NCBI GenBank assembly: GCA_051362555.1
Contig: CM120645.1
Span: forward strand, 5,456,001 to 5,520,000
Direction: 5' to 3'
DNA length: 64,000 bases
Source: Lingula anatina
Lineage: Eukaryota; Animalia; Brachiopoda
Shown here: positions 40,643 through 55,300 of the stretch, piece after piece
Position numbering within the stretch: the stretch's first letter is position 1
Layout: each line of letters begins with the position of its first letter
The notes under the pieces: generated by a model
Seen by the model: only the letters and a program-made list of their open reading frames with translations
The model's database searches: none
Told to the model about the DNA's origin: nothing
Position numbers and translations under genes: made by a program

Positions 40643-42183
40643 TTAATTTTCTATCATTCAATGGGACATTTTGACAATATTTTCAGTTTGTTACATAACC
40701 GTAACATTCTGATATTTGCTGCAAGTTTTGACTTTAAGAATTGTTGTCAGCTTGTATAACTGAGCTGTAATATATGTTCAGGTGTGAAAAATAGTTTCAT
40801 TGGATCTCATCTTCGGGCTAGAGGTTTCTACTAAATATCTTTGTTTATTTTCACAATAGTGCAACATTCAGTGTTGAAGAGCCCTATCTGAAAAGCAAGC
40901 CTGCTTTAACCAGCAAATGAAAGTTTGGAGATGTTTATACTGTTCATTTTTTTGTATGCAATAACTTCTGCACAACCAAATTCCATTAACAATATAACCT
41001 ACTGAACTGGCACTAACACCACTATCCTGGTTCTGTTCAAATAAGTTTCTTTTATAATTCACTGATTTTTGGAAGGATCCTGCTTCTAAACAAGACTTTT
41101 ACTAAGAATTCCTCTTTTTACATCGCACACCTTAGTCTACATCTTTCAGGGGTAAACATGTTTCTTATTTTGTTGAGTATCCTTTACTAGGATATCTGGA
41201 ATCCTGTCCGGTAACATTAAATGGTTTATGATATGAATTCATATAGTTTGTCATGTCAAGTGTATTATTATACAGTGAAGAGAAAATACTGTGACTTGAA
41301 CCAATGACAAATTTAGATGCGTTTGAACAATTTGGAATAGAAGTGATGTCATTTCTCCGGTCTGACGTACATCTTTATTTTTGTAACGTGTACAACGTTG
41401 ATGACAGGAGTGTCAAGTTGGCTCAGAAATGAAACACTGGAGATTAACTGGAGGAGATTACCATTGAACTTTAATATTTTTTATTGTGATATTAATAAAA
41501 AAAAGTTGAGGTCTGCAAGGTGATTTAAATTAAAGTTCTTATTGGGCCAAAGTCAACAGTAACTTGAGGATGATGAGAGAATTTATAGCCCCAAAAGTGT
41601 TTTTTAGAAAAGTAATTTCAGAGCTAACAATTTTCCTTTTAAAGTCAGGGATATAACTTCAATAGTAATCAAGTGTACTGCTTCAAGAATCTCACACAGT
41701 GCATAATTATCTTTAATAATTTATCTCTTATAATGTTTTAATCACTATTTTATCCACTTTTGGCAACCATTTTATATGGTTTGTTATATCATTTTTTCAC
41801 GCTATTTCAAGACATTCCAGACTCGATTCATTACAGTATTTATAATCTCATTATTTGTAGTTTGTTTTTTTTTTGTTGTTGTTGTAAATATGTAAGCCAG
41901 TTTATTATTTTAGTGTTATATTGTTGCATGTAACTGCAAATAAAGTATGGAATTAACATTGAGACTCATCTCTTTCATGAAAAACTTTTTCAGTGCTAAG
42001 TGAGATCATCCAATTATAAATAATTATTATATAATTCCTTGGTTAGACACATAGAAGTTGTATTTCCTCTTAAATTGGCTGTAGGCTACATTTTTTTATG
42101 AATAACTTAAGTACTGTGTTTATTGTAATAAGTTCTATGTGCCTGTGGTGTTGGTACACCAATTCAGACTCAGAATAATGTAA

Positions 42184-42398
42184 GAGTGCATTCCCATAGA
42201 TTTAGATTGATCCATCTAGATCGACCTAACTCCCTGGGGGTTCACGCTAAATTGCTGTCAGCCGAGCTCGCACGGTAGTTAATTACCCCCTTACAGCTTT
42301 TAGTAGACAGGACAGACGCTTAAGAAGGCTAAGCTGACAGTAATCTAGTGAGACTCCCCACAGGGATAGATTGATCTAAAATCTGTGGGAATGGGGTT
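42184..42398. mobile_element. Harbinger-like MITE (TAA TSD), related to 28873-29117
   Basis: CATTCCCATAGATTT...AAATCTGTGGGAATG inverted ends; TAA at 42181-42183 and 42399-42401. Confidence 0.7.
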
Positions 42399-45300
42399 TA
42401 AGTCTTTGACACCCAGGAAATATATCAGATACTTGTCACATTCTAACAGCTTGTTAAAAAATCGATTTTGAGGCCCGTTTTATAGCTGTGGGAAATTTTA
42501 CATTGTTGTTTTATTTAAGAGGGGAATGATACGCACATCAGTTGACTTAAATGGTACCCATTTCACACAAAAGAATTCTCACTGTCAGAGCAAAACAAGG
42601 TTACATATAATAGAACAACACAAACTTTTTATTGGTCAATTAAATTCAATAATCAAGCCATGCAGCACATCTTTAATGAAAACCCTAACTGCTACTACTT
42701 AAAGCCGATTCGTAACATTTCTCAAAACCTCAGTAAAAGTATGCATCAAGCAAATTTAATTATGATATCTAAAATCAATTATCATAACAATTATTAGTTA
42801 CTCAGAAATGAAAGCATTTTATATTAACTGTACGTATTGTAAATAAATTTGTTGTCACAACGTGTAATCTGAAAGTTTAACTCCAAGTTTTATTAACTTC
42901 AGGTTTAAGACATTTATTAATAGCAACTTCATCAAAATATCAAATATTCATAATTAAAATCATCAGTAAAAATAGCCAAACTACCCCAGCGTGATGATAC
43001 AATAATATACTAGTATATGAAACAAATTTCAAAAGCTTAAGATTGTTTACACAATTTCAAATAAAAATATTGAAAAATCTTTGTTTAACCAACTCAAGTT
43101 GATATTTTTGATTGGTCCACTGGACAACTCAACTCCAGGTGAATGAGGCATTCTAAAACTTCTTTCCGAGGTCACACTTCTGGCAATGAAAATATTACAC
43201 ATTTTCTAAATATTGGCAGATTTTTGTCATTTACTGATTCAGATTTAGATACACTGTGATTTTCTTAAGGATATCAAGAAAGCTATTTAAAGTAATAGAC
43301 TACTAGATAAGTTATTGAAAATTTCAATTTTTGAAATAATGTTATGTTAAATATGTATTATCCAATCCGGCTCTAATGAGAGTATCTAATTTGTTTTACC
43401 CAACATTGTTGATGCAATAATGATATACGTTAGGCTTTTTCAAAATATTAAGCCACACTTTAGGTAATCAAATATGGAACATATGTACATTTTGATATAA
43501 ATAAGTTTGATAAAATACCGTAATTATATGGGGACCAGCCCCATGTCATCAAATTTTAATAATAATTATATATAATTGTTGAATGAAAAAATAAATAAAT
43601 AAATAAACAGGCTAGCTTAACGCTTCAGAAGAGAATGTTTTTAGCTGATAAATTTCAATATTTTTTTTCTTTTCTTAAATCTATGAATCATAACTGTAAT
43701 ACTGCAAACTAGCTTGAAGTATGGACAAATCACAAAAATATTCCATACTTAAATTTCACCAAAAAAAAGAAAAAAAGCAGGAATCAGCCGTAAATACCTG
43801 TAATACCAGCACAAGGTAAATTACATAAAATTTTGCTTGCTACACAAAAAGCTAAAACTGCAGCTAACTAAGTCTTTATATCAAATTACTTAAGCATAAT
43901 ATACCGTTTAAAGTTTAGCACCTTTTTGGAAGAAATCAAACAAACAAATAAATTGAGAGAAAGTTATAATAGCAATCTCGGCTTCATAAATAGTAACAGT
44001 TGAACAGTTTGGATAAAAAAATTACTAGGTTAAGCATAATATACAGTACAGTAAATACAGTGTTCAATGTTTAGCACCCTTTTGAAAAAAAAGTAAATTT
44101 ACTAAGCAAGAAATGTGTTCATGTGCTCCATTATACTGTAACATCATGACAATTAAAACATTTATAGCAAAAAATCTATTTTTTAATGAAAATTTATTAT
44201 TCCGTGTGCCCAGAATAATTATGCTATGAAAATATACACATGGTGTGTGTAAAATGAATTAACATGAAACATGCCAAAATGATGTTTGCTACAAAGGACA
44301 TTCTTGGAATTAGAATATAAATTATTAATTTACCAAATATCTACCACAAAGCATATTTTAGCCATTGCCTGTGGAGATCTCACAACTGCATGACAACACA
44401 GGCCAAAACTTACATTAAACTAATGCACAATAACATGTAAACAACGCATCTTTCCATGGGTCAGGCACAGCAAAAACACTGCAGCCATGATACTTGAAAA
44501 AAAACTTTCTATTTCCAACAGCACTTCGGCAAACTTCCCCTATTATAATGCATGGCAAGAAGCCAAATGCCACCCTTGCCTTTTGAAGGTGAAAATTTTA
44601 CTTGTTTATGACATTTAAATTGGCACATTCAACATTCTGAAAGATGACAGTCTAAGCGAGTGAAGCTGACCCTTATGTAAGGCCATCCATAAAACATAGA
44701 GTTTATTACAAAGACTATTAGAGATAATAATGCACATTATATCAGACAGCAGTTATTTTAAAATGATATATAGATTATACTTTTAAGTATGATCTTAAAA
44801 ATATACTGCACCTGCTTTTTTTTTCTTTCCAAAAATAAAGATTAGAGGAATGGTCTTCATTTTTAACAATACAGCAACAAGTTCATTTTTCTTTAATTGA
44901 TAATTAAATGTTTTGAAAAAAGCATATTGTAAAAATGCAACTGGAATCATTTCATTTATAAAAATCATATGCTCATTGCTTAGGAATGTGACAATGGAAT
45001 ATAACTGCATACAGATGTTTATGTGGTAATATCCCCATTCCCTAAATATTATAGCAATGTTATTATATCTTAACATTTTAATTAATCAATTTATATGATC
45101 TTTCCATTGCCAGGCATTTTTCAAACCACTCAAAACATTATCTTCATCACAAACACAAACATGTCACCCTGTTGCATTCACTTTTTCAGATCTTAAACAA
45201 ATTAGACATTTTCAGTGGCTATAATTATATAACATCAGTTTCTGTGAGTATTGCTGACTTCTTGATAAGGTCTGTTCAACTTCATGAATACAAGACTATC

Positions 45301-46345
45301 AAAAATTTTGAGATATTAATAGAAAAAATAATTTATATTTCTTTTAAATGTTTCAGTGGCACCTGATAATCAGAAACATCAGTCTTGCAAAACTGTTGCG
45401 CATTATCACAATAATTATCAATATTGCTTTTTCACAAGCCTGGGAAATGTAATTCTAAATTACAGTAACTTCTAAAAGCATATCTTAATTTCTTACAGGC
45501 TTGTGTGGGCACACTTTCAAGAAGTTTTAGTGGAAATCATCCCCAAGTTGCAAGACCAGCTTGTATTTTTAGGTCCCAGGTGGGCCAATTTAAGAGGGGT
45601 ATGCAAAAGGCACCCTTGGATTTTTGATCCACTTCGTCTTGTAAACCATATTTGCTCATATATTCACTTTCGTGTAAAATCTCCTGTACACAATGAACTT
45701 GCTGGGAAGAATTCATAAATATATCTAAAATCCAAAATTCACTCTCACTTTGATCTCAATCTGCTTGTTATCTTTACCTTTTGATCTTATTGTTAATCAA
45801 GTATTCTGCTGCGGGGAAAAATATGGGGGAAGGATACATTGCTTAATGAATAAAACAAGCAAAAACATGATATCTGTTTCTCCCATTATAATTTCAAGGG
45901 CACTGCTTCTCTCATCTGATTTTCTTATTAAAATTTCATGGGTATGTTAGGTCACGCCACCTTCCTCAAGGTCTTGAATGAAAATCTTATTTGTACATCA
46001 ACAGAAGTAGATGCCACCAACACTGAACAGTAACTCTTATTTTTTCCTTCAAGTATTACACATGTCATAGCCATAAGTTCTGTCTCCAGACTTGGACTAA
46101 GGAGTCACCATGTTTCGGTTGAGACACTGAATGCTTCATTGTGTTAGATGAGAGATGTTTCAACACAATGAACCAAACATTCTGCATCAACATGACAAAG
46201 TTCAAGGACTGCTTCCAACAACTGCCTGTCCCGTAGCTGGCATGAGGTAAACAATTAACTCCCGTCTCACTTGTGCTGACAAGCTTCTTGTAATAATATT
46301 TTGTTCATATTATTGGGCTCCTATTACACAGTAATTGTAACTGAC

Positions 46346-49300
46346 CTACGGCATTGTGGCATCTCTTGTGACGCTGACCCACCTGGAAATGAGATTGTAA
46401 TTGACATTACAAGGTATAAAGTATGTCTTAATTTCAGTAAGGAATGTACTCATAGTGTGTGTATGCATGTGTGTGTGCGTGCATGTGTGTGTGCGTGCAT
46501 GTGTGTGCAGTTCCCTTTGGAGTTATTTACACTTTCATACCAACTCACACTTGTAACAAATCATAAACTGACTAGATTCACCAATAATTAAAAACTGCAC
46601 TTTTCTTTTGTACAGTATGTTCTTTTATTATGAGGTCTGTGTACTCACTTGTCTCTGGCAGATGGCGCCTCTGTTCTGAAGGTCATTGGTTGTCTTCCCT
46701 GATGTGTTATTGAGAACAGCAAACTGGGCTCTACACCTTCAAAGTACTGGAAATAATAAAACAAGGAGTGAAACATGTATATATCTATATAACAGAAAGC
46801 TCAATCTTATCCTTAAAGGTACAAGAAAGAGAAGAATGAGAATCATCAAAGAACTGATAATAACTGAACAAGGAGTGGTGCCATAATCTAGATCTACTGA
46901 TACAGACAGTCACTGTATTTATCTTAATATTGTTAGACACATATCGTTTGTCAAATTGTAAACACTATATATAATAAAAAAGAAATCTCTAGTCCTTCAA
47001 ACTACAAACAAAATATAAAAACTGACTGATCAAAATGCAGTTCATTTTTTTAAATTGACAATAAGTTTTGTTTTAAATAGTGCTGCCATTCAAATGGCAA
47101 GTAACTTTGATGTGCAGATTGATAAAATATCAAAGAAAGTTAGTATAGGGCTTTTCTGTAACACCTGTCAAAAGCATATTACCTGCAGTTACAAAAATCT
47201 TTCAGTGGCTTTATCTGCTTTGTCATATGAACACTCCTAAATACCTTAGACTGTAACACTTTATATAAATGTATAATGTGGTTAATGAAACTATGTATGA
47301 AAGTCTGCATTGCAGCTTATCACTCACTGATGGGAATTTGATTGCAGTTTTCTCATGTACCTTATAAACTCATCACAATGTTATGTCTGCAGACAGCATT
47401 AAGGTGCATGATGTTAACTGTGCAGAATCGTGTATTACATGACAATGGCATTTTTATGATTGCTATAACTGTGTTGTGTATGTATTAATATTCCTTGTCT
47501 ACATGAGGTAACCAGGGGCATATAAGAGGAGTATTTAGAGCTGATAAATACCCCATTGGGCAATCCATAAATGGTGGCCACTCCAATTTTCCAAAATAAT
47601 TTGCATATCCAGCTCTCCCCCTCCCCCAAACTTCACAAAAAAGAGAGATAGACCCTCATAACCATGATATAAAAAATTATTTCAATTTCCACAATTATTC
47701 TTTGGCTGTTGGGTTGGCATGGGTAAACATTCCCTCTGAAAACAAACTCATTTTCTTGATATTCTGGATCCACTAGAGAAATTTTACAAATAAAACAGAC
47801 TACAGATTGTTTGAGTGCTCATTTTGTTGCAGTTACTCAAACAGAAATAGTTATGGTCTAAAATGACATACAAAAGAGGGCACTTAATGAAATGTTTGCA
47901 TGATAAACTGCAAAGCTGAGTCTCAGCTGAGTATCAGTTTAAAGGTACATAAATATAAGGTATAAAATTGAAAAAAAAAGATCTTGCTTTCAAATTGTCT
48001 TTTTAATAAGTTGACTAAAATTCATTTTATTTTACAGCCTTCTGCTTTAAGAAAAAACGCTTTCTACAGCAATAGCTTCTTATGTCTCTAAACTGAGATA
48101 AAAATATTGCAAAACAATAAAATTCAGACCATGACTATTCACCTTATGACAAAAACATAAAAACATTAAGAAAAACTAAATCTTCAGATAAATGACATTT
48201 TAAGTTATTAAATTTAAACAAAGAAAAAAACATTAAAACTAATGTACTAATGAGCCCTCGATTTTTCCAAATGCACCCATATAACCCACGTATCAGACAG
48301 GACCTGGTGCGTTTTATGACTGTCCTATGTCTAACAACGATAAATCCAGTTCATAGATCTAGATAGTAAATGACACAAGTAAGGTTCACACCGTACCTCC
48401 TAGTGCCTCCCTGTACTTACAGTATGTCAACACAGAAACATAATCCCATAGAAACCCTCATTTTGTTTTTAATCTTAGACCACATCACACATTGGACTAA
48501 CAGAATAGCAGATTGAATATGGCCGCCCCATGAATGGTTGTAGAGTAATCCCTGCAGGGAATCTATTCAGTGTCTATAAGGGCGCAATGCAGCAAGCTTG
48601 TAAGTGGGTCTCCATATTTAATCTGCCGATCTGTTAATTCGCTGTTGTGAATGTGGCCTTAAGTTCAATATAAAGCACCTGGTCTGATTATGATGTTACC
48701 TATATTATATCTGATCTATGTAAGACTGTTGTGAGTGTGCCTTTCTGTTGTGTAATTATATAATCATTGCTCTTACCTCGGTGGCCTTTTCTACATCATA
48801 ACCCAGGAGTGGGGTGCTCTCTACAGCTGCCATGTCCTGCAACACATACAAAAAACATGCATATATTATATCAGTCAAAAAATTCTCACTCAAAATTTGA
48901 GATCTCTCTCCTAGATTTGCCAAAGAGTATCCAATGTTAAAAAACACTTTTTTTAGAATGAGAACCCTTTAATCCCTAATGGCAAGAAAAACTGATGCAA
49001 TCAGTACAAAATTAATACAATAATTATCTATAATTCTCTTTACTTTTTTGTCAATTTTCTAATCTTTGTCTTTAACTCTCCATCTATCTTAGAGAAACAG
49101 GTCAGATTTAAAGGCACTTTTGAAATTTCCCTTGATGCTTAATGTCATCTTGACATCATACAATTATCTTAAACACGGAATCCAAACGTGCTTTCCTAAT
49201 CCTTTTTTTTTTAAGTTCTGAGTTCCCAATTAAAATTATATCAAATACTGCCTTTCCAAAAAACCTACCCCTAAGGAAATTTACAGGTTAAAGTCAAATT

Positions 49301-52300
49301 TAAATTTTATAAATTTCTTTGCAAAAGCAACATTTACTCTCATTCTATTTTGATAAAGAGGGTCTATTTGCATAATTTTCAAAAGTACAAACATTTCACA
49401 AACCTCACTGGCTTTATATGTGTACAGCACTTTATCCTTAATGACAAACCACAGCTTCTTCCACTTCTTGGCTTTCCATACCTTGAGGTAGCCACTCATT
49501 TCTGAACCCTGGTCATTAGCATGGACCTAAATATAGCAATAAAATTAGGTCAAGGTCAACGACCAAAGGCCAAGGTTAAACATGAACAAATGTTATGGTC
49601 AAGACATTATGGTTACAGTTACACTAAGGGGCCATTCAGAATAGAAGACCCTAGTATCAACTGGTCCAAGGATCAAATATGGCGGACCCTACATGAAAGG
49701 AAGACCACTTAATCCTGTAATGGTGTCTCACACGCTACCAAACATGTCCAGGTGAATGGAGCCCAGATTTAATTACTATGCCCCTGCAGGGACAGTGCGT
49801 GGGGGAGGCATGTGAGAGGCGGAGTTGATACTTGGATTTTCTATTCTGAATGGCCCATAAGGCTGTATTCAGAACAGTGAAAACTTCCCCATGGGGAATG
49901 TATTCAGAGTATATTAGCGATTAGATGGCAAGCTTTATAGTGGGTCGCGGGTTCTACCCGTGGACTAGTTAGTCCACTGTTCTGAATGCAGCACAAGACA
50001 TGTGACATATTCATGAAATGAAAGACAGTTGGACCACATGGCTAGACAGGACTTAGTAACTTAAATCCAACTGTCGAAAGTGTAATAGGAATTCAAAGTA
50101 GTTCAAGGTAACAAATATTCATTTTTAAGATAGCACAGGTAACTACAGTTTCAGTGCTAGCAAATAAAGGTTAAAGTTGCAGTTATCTCTGCTAAGCCAC
50201 TTTTGTATTATCCTCTATTCATGCAGGTTAATTTGCAGGTGTTAAACACTATAAATGCTGGGCAATGCTGGTGAAGAAGACACTGGAAAATGCTAGACAA
50301 GTAAGGCAAAACAAAAAATTCAAATAAAACTTTCAAAGGTGCAAAAAATTCAAATAAAACTTTCAAAGGTAGAAATACTCATGAAAAAATATTTCTTTGG
50401 AAGGAAGGCAACAGCCAAATGTAAACTGACATGTTTAATATCCTAAAGTTTGTTGCACTAATATATTTTACAACTAGAGGATCAGAGAGGCGATACCGCC
50501 TCCGAATATTGTACCACCAGCTGGAGCAAGCGCATTCGTATAGACCCCCACATACACAAAATAAGGGACACAGCCACCAGTTTTGTGCTTGACAAGCTGT
50601 AAAAATGCAATCAACAAGAATTTTTAAACTATTGCAAAAAATATATATGGTACAATCAAATTTAAGTTCTTCGTAAGGTAGGTCAAGGGTCAATTTCAAG
50701 GTCACAGTAAATTGCCAGTATATGACTTCCTATTCAAGTTCAAGAGTAACTATGGACCTATCTCTGTCAAGTTTGAAGTTAAAAGAGAAAGAAATTAGCA
50801 GAGTTTAGTTCATGATAAAAAGTAGGTCAAAGGTCAATTTTAAGGTCACATTTAGATTGCCAGTATATGACTTTCTATTCAAGTTCAATAGTAACTAAGG
50901 ACCTATCTCTGCCAGTTTTGGAGATAAAAGGGAAGCAAAATTTGCAAAGTTCAGTTTATGGTGAAAAGTAGGACAAAGGTCAATTTTAATGTCACATTTA
51001 TAATGCCAGTATATGACTTCCTATTCAAGTTCAATAGTAACTACGGACCTATCTCAGCCAGTTTTGGAGATAAAAGGAAAGCAAAATTTGCAAAATTCAG
51101 TTTATGGTGTAAAGTAGGTCAAAGGTCAATTTTGAGGTCACATTTAGATTGCCAGTATATGACTTCCTTTTCAAGTTCAATAGTAACTATGGACCTATTT
51201 CTGCCAGTTTTGGAGATAAAAGGAAAGCAAAATTTGCAAAGTTCAGTTCATGGTGAAAAGTAGGTCAGAGGTCAATTTCAAGGTCACATTTAGATTGCCA
51301 GTATATGACTTCCTATTCAAGTTCAATAGTAACTATGGACCTATCTCAGCCAGTTTTGGAGATAAAAGGGAAGCAAAATTTGCAAAATTCAGTTCATGGT
51401 GAAAAGTAGGTCAAAGGTCAATTTCAAGGTCACATTTAGATTGCCAGTATATGACTTCCTATTCAAGTTCAATAGTAACTATGGACCTATCTCAGCCAGT
51501 TTTGGAGATAAAAGGGAAGAAAAATTTGCAAAGTTCAGTTCATGGTGAAAAGTAGGTCAAAGGTCACTTTCAAGGTCATAGTAAGATTGCCAGTATATGA
51601 CTTCCTATTCAACTTCAATAGTAACTATGGACCTATCTCTGCCAGTTTTGGAGAAATAAGGGACTAAATGTTATAATTTTGGAGTTACCATAATGTGCCT
51701 TAAATTTCGTACAGAAAAAATTAATTAAAATAAAGAAAATGTCATTTTGGTCAAAATTCTTGAAATAGGAGGTGCTCTGAAGTTTCAGAAGTTCAAATTT
51801 GATGAAATAATGTCATTTTTGAACACAAGTTGTCTGCTTTGCCAAGCCTTATGTTTTATTTTTCCAGAGTTCAAAATTTATTATCCATTACCGTACTGCA
51901 CATTTTGCTTTTACCACCAATATGTACTTTTTGATACAGCGTAACTCGAAAACCGTATGGAATACAAAAAAACCGAGACCACATCCAGTGTTGGGCTTTA
52001 CATGCTCTACAAAATGCAAAAAAGAATGGGTCTCTAGCATTAACGGTTCCCGAATTAGAGACAGTTTTCAGTTTCGGTATCTTATGGCCGCTACTCCCGT
52101 GAAAATGCACCGATTGACCCCAAATTCATGGAGATGAAAGATGACCTGAAGGGTAACACCTTCCAATAATATTATTGGTTAAGTCTGTGTGGTGTCTGAA
52201 TAACAGGGCAAATAATTTTTTTTTCGTAAAAAATTTCATTTTTTTGAAAATTTTGGCCCATTTGACCTTGAAGTAAAGGTCAAAGGTCAAATCCAAGGGT

Positions 52301-55300
52301 ATATTTGAAATCTACACATATGACTTTTGGAAAGCCGTCTATAGAAATTTTTCCCATAACTCCTTCCGTAGGGTAGATAATTAGCATTTAATTTTGCCAT
52401 TTTTAGACAAGGGTGCATTGCAATGAGTGCCACACCCAAACCCCAATACCGACAAAGCCCAAATTTTACGTGGAACGAGTTGAGATTATAGGTGACCTAA
52501 ATCCATGAGATGGGTACGGGGGCCCTTACCGTCTAGGAGGAGAAGCGGTAACGGTAGCCGTCCGGCGGAGCCGGCGGAGCCAACGGAGCCGGCGGAGCCG
52601 GCGGAGCCGGCGGAGCCGGCGGAACGATCCGGACGGGACCGAAACCATGTGTACCGCCAGCGCTAACGCTGGTGGTACAATAAAGCTGCCATCTTTATGA
52701 ATATGTTACACAGTAGTGACATACAAATGTATATCTGGACTTTCTGTACATTCTCTGGCAGTTAAAATATTTTTTGGATGGCCTATTTCCATTGTGACCA
52801 AGCGAAAAATAAAGAAATAAAGAAAACTAGCAAGGATTCGAAATGGGAGATAAAATATTTCATGCACTATGAATACCTCCTTCAAAACCTTTGGTCTTAC
52901 GGTCAACGAACTTCGGTTTTTGAAACTTTTCACAAATTTGCTTTTCAGGCTCGACACTGAAAATAAAAACATTGCAACAATGTATCATTGTTACTGCGTT
53001 ATTGTACTGTCATTACCTCCTGCAGTACCGATGGACGACTTTTCCTTGACCCCAACCACTTGCTGTTTCGGACGCTCTTTGAGAAGCGTTCTTTGATGCT
53101 GACTTTTGATGGGTGAATTGCCAACTGGCCGTCTTGCTCAGCAGCTCCAGATTGAGGGGGTATATACTTTGACACCTCCCCAAATTCTATGTAGTCAAAA
53201 CACAGGTAATTTATATAAATAATCTTTATTATAACTCTACATTATATTATGTAGAATGAATTTATTTATTTATTTATTTTTTTTTTGTAAGGCACTACTA
53301 TATGTGTATCATATGGAAATATGTTATATAATAATGCAAAACAAAATCAGTTTGTTTGCTTGACATTTTCAAATATATCAAAACAGATATCATATTTTGA
53401 GGTTACAGTATTTAATATTGTATGGTCTGAGTAAATCACATTTATTTTATAAAGCTGCTACTAGCAGAACTATCCATTTAACCCATTTTAAACTGGCTAA
53501 TGTTAAATTTTACTAGACTAAGTACAGCCATAACCTAGACATTTTAACTTCTGTTCTAAAGCTACAGTGACCACAGTTTAATGATATAACTTCATACCTT
53601 TTTCAAGTCTCCCAAAGCAGACATCACAAACTCTGGCAGACTTGTTATCCATGTAGCTTAGTGGAGCTTTGTTATCTGAGCAGTTGGAGCACACAATCTG
53701 AAAACAGACCAATTATTTTGAATTTAACAAAAATAAAATGATAAATATATAAAAAAATGTAAACATCTCCTGTTAAATAACCATTACCTCACTGAAGAAT
53801 TTTGAATTTCTTTTTTTTTAATAAAAAATCTGCCATTAAAGCTATAATCAAAAATTATCATAACTTGTCAAAATAATTACAAAATGGAAAAGTTTCAAAA
53901 AGATAAGAATACAAGCAACTGTTCAAATGTAAGAAATATCTGAAGTTGCTGAGGGGATCATTACATCAAAGAAAAAAAATCCACTAAATCAAATGTGGGT
54001 GCCTTCTCAGCTACATGCATTACTGTGGTGCCTCCCAAATGTAAACATGAATTGTGACACACAGGGTGAAAATGCTCACCCTGTAGTCACACCACCTACC
54101 TTCCCACAGGCTCTACAGTGATGTCTCCTGAATGTCACAGTGAACTCTGTGGTACACAGGGCGCACATGCTCACCCTGGAGTCTGGGATCCACACGGGTG
54201 CTGTAGACCCCAAGATGAAATCTTTGTCATAGGACGTCTGCAAGGCACAATATTAAATATTATATGCATGTATTACTGTAAGAATGATGGTCTTTAAGAC
54301 CGTCATCATTATATACCCTTTAAGTCACACAATTGAATCAAACGGTTAAAAAAGATAAGAGGCAACATTCTTTTCAAAAGTTATAGAAAATGATTTTTGT
54401 GTGCAAAACAAAAATGTTACAGCAGTGGTAAGAATTCCCCCTAGAATCAAATGTCTTAATTGCTGGTCAGTGCCCTACCTCTTTTAATAGCATTTGGACA
54501 TCAAAACTTTTCTTCTTAGACATCACATCAGAAATGGCTGTCTGCAGTGCCTTCAGCCACTCATCCCTTTCATCAGATGTGCTAATGTAAATATCAAGAC
54601 AATATTTCATGATCAAAAGCAATAAACACCTTAAACAATGCATGCCACTTGTTTAAACTGACTGATTCAATAAACGTAAGTGTGAACTTGAACCCATTAT
54701 AGTAGTGGTAGTAGTAGTTACTGTAGTATATTTATTCAGATTCTTAAATCATACATCATACATTGGCCCAAGGAGAAAATTTTAAAAAGAATGGATGCAA
54801 AATTCATTTTAAAAAAAGAAATACAATTATGATTTTAAATCACATCAATTAAATATAAATATCTAGTATCCAGACTTGTTACTCATTGAGGCACCAACTC
54901 ATTTGGACTAGTTTTACCTTTTTAAATATTATATCAAATTCTTGTAAATATCATTTATGTGTCCTATCTTGTATAAAAGCACCACCTACCTGGCAGACAC
55001 AGTGACAGACCTATGAACTGAAATGATGCTGAACTCATTTTGGAAGTCATCTTGGGCTGGCTGAGACACCTAGGAAGCAAGGAAACATAAGAGTTGGGTA
55101 TATTCTTATGGCAATTAATCTATTGGTGTAGAGTTTATCTCAGTAAATCAAATATGAGACACATGCTTTAACATAGATGTACCATTTTTTGCACTGATTT
55201 TGCCTCTAAACAGAGTTCCACTGAATAGCAGCCTAAGGCAAACATGCTTCTGTAGCTCTATAGAACATAAAACTGAACTTTTTATTCCTATGCCTTTCCC

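Noticed and set aside
39322-40759. ORFs rich in YIYI repeats
   Set aside because: Artefacts of (AT)n microsatellites.
46655-46670. CTCF-like motif TGGCAGATGGCGC
   Set aside because: Lies inside an FGD coding exon (EAPSARD) and is explained by the protein sequence.
47183-47236. Possible extra FGD exon containing KATE
   Set aside because: It has a stop codon in the required phase-0 frame, and the flanking exons already join in frame.
50958-51263. 101-aa ORF
   Set aside because: Chance reading frame through the 146-bp satellite.
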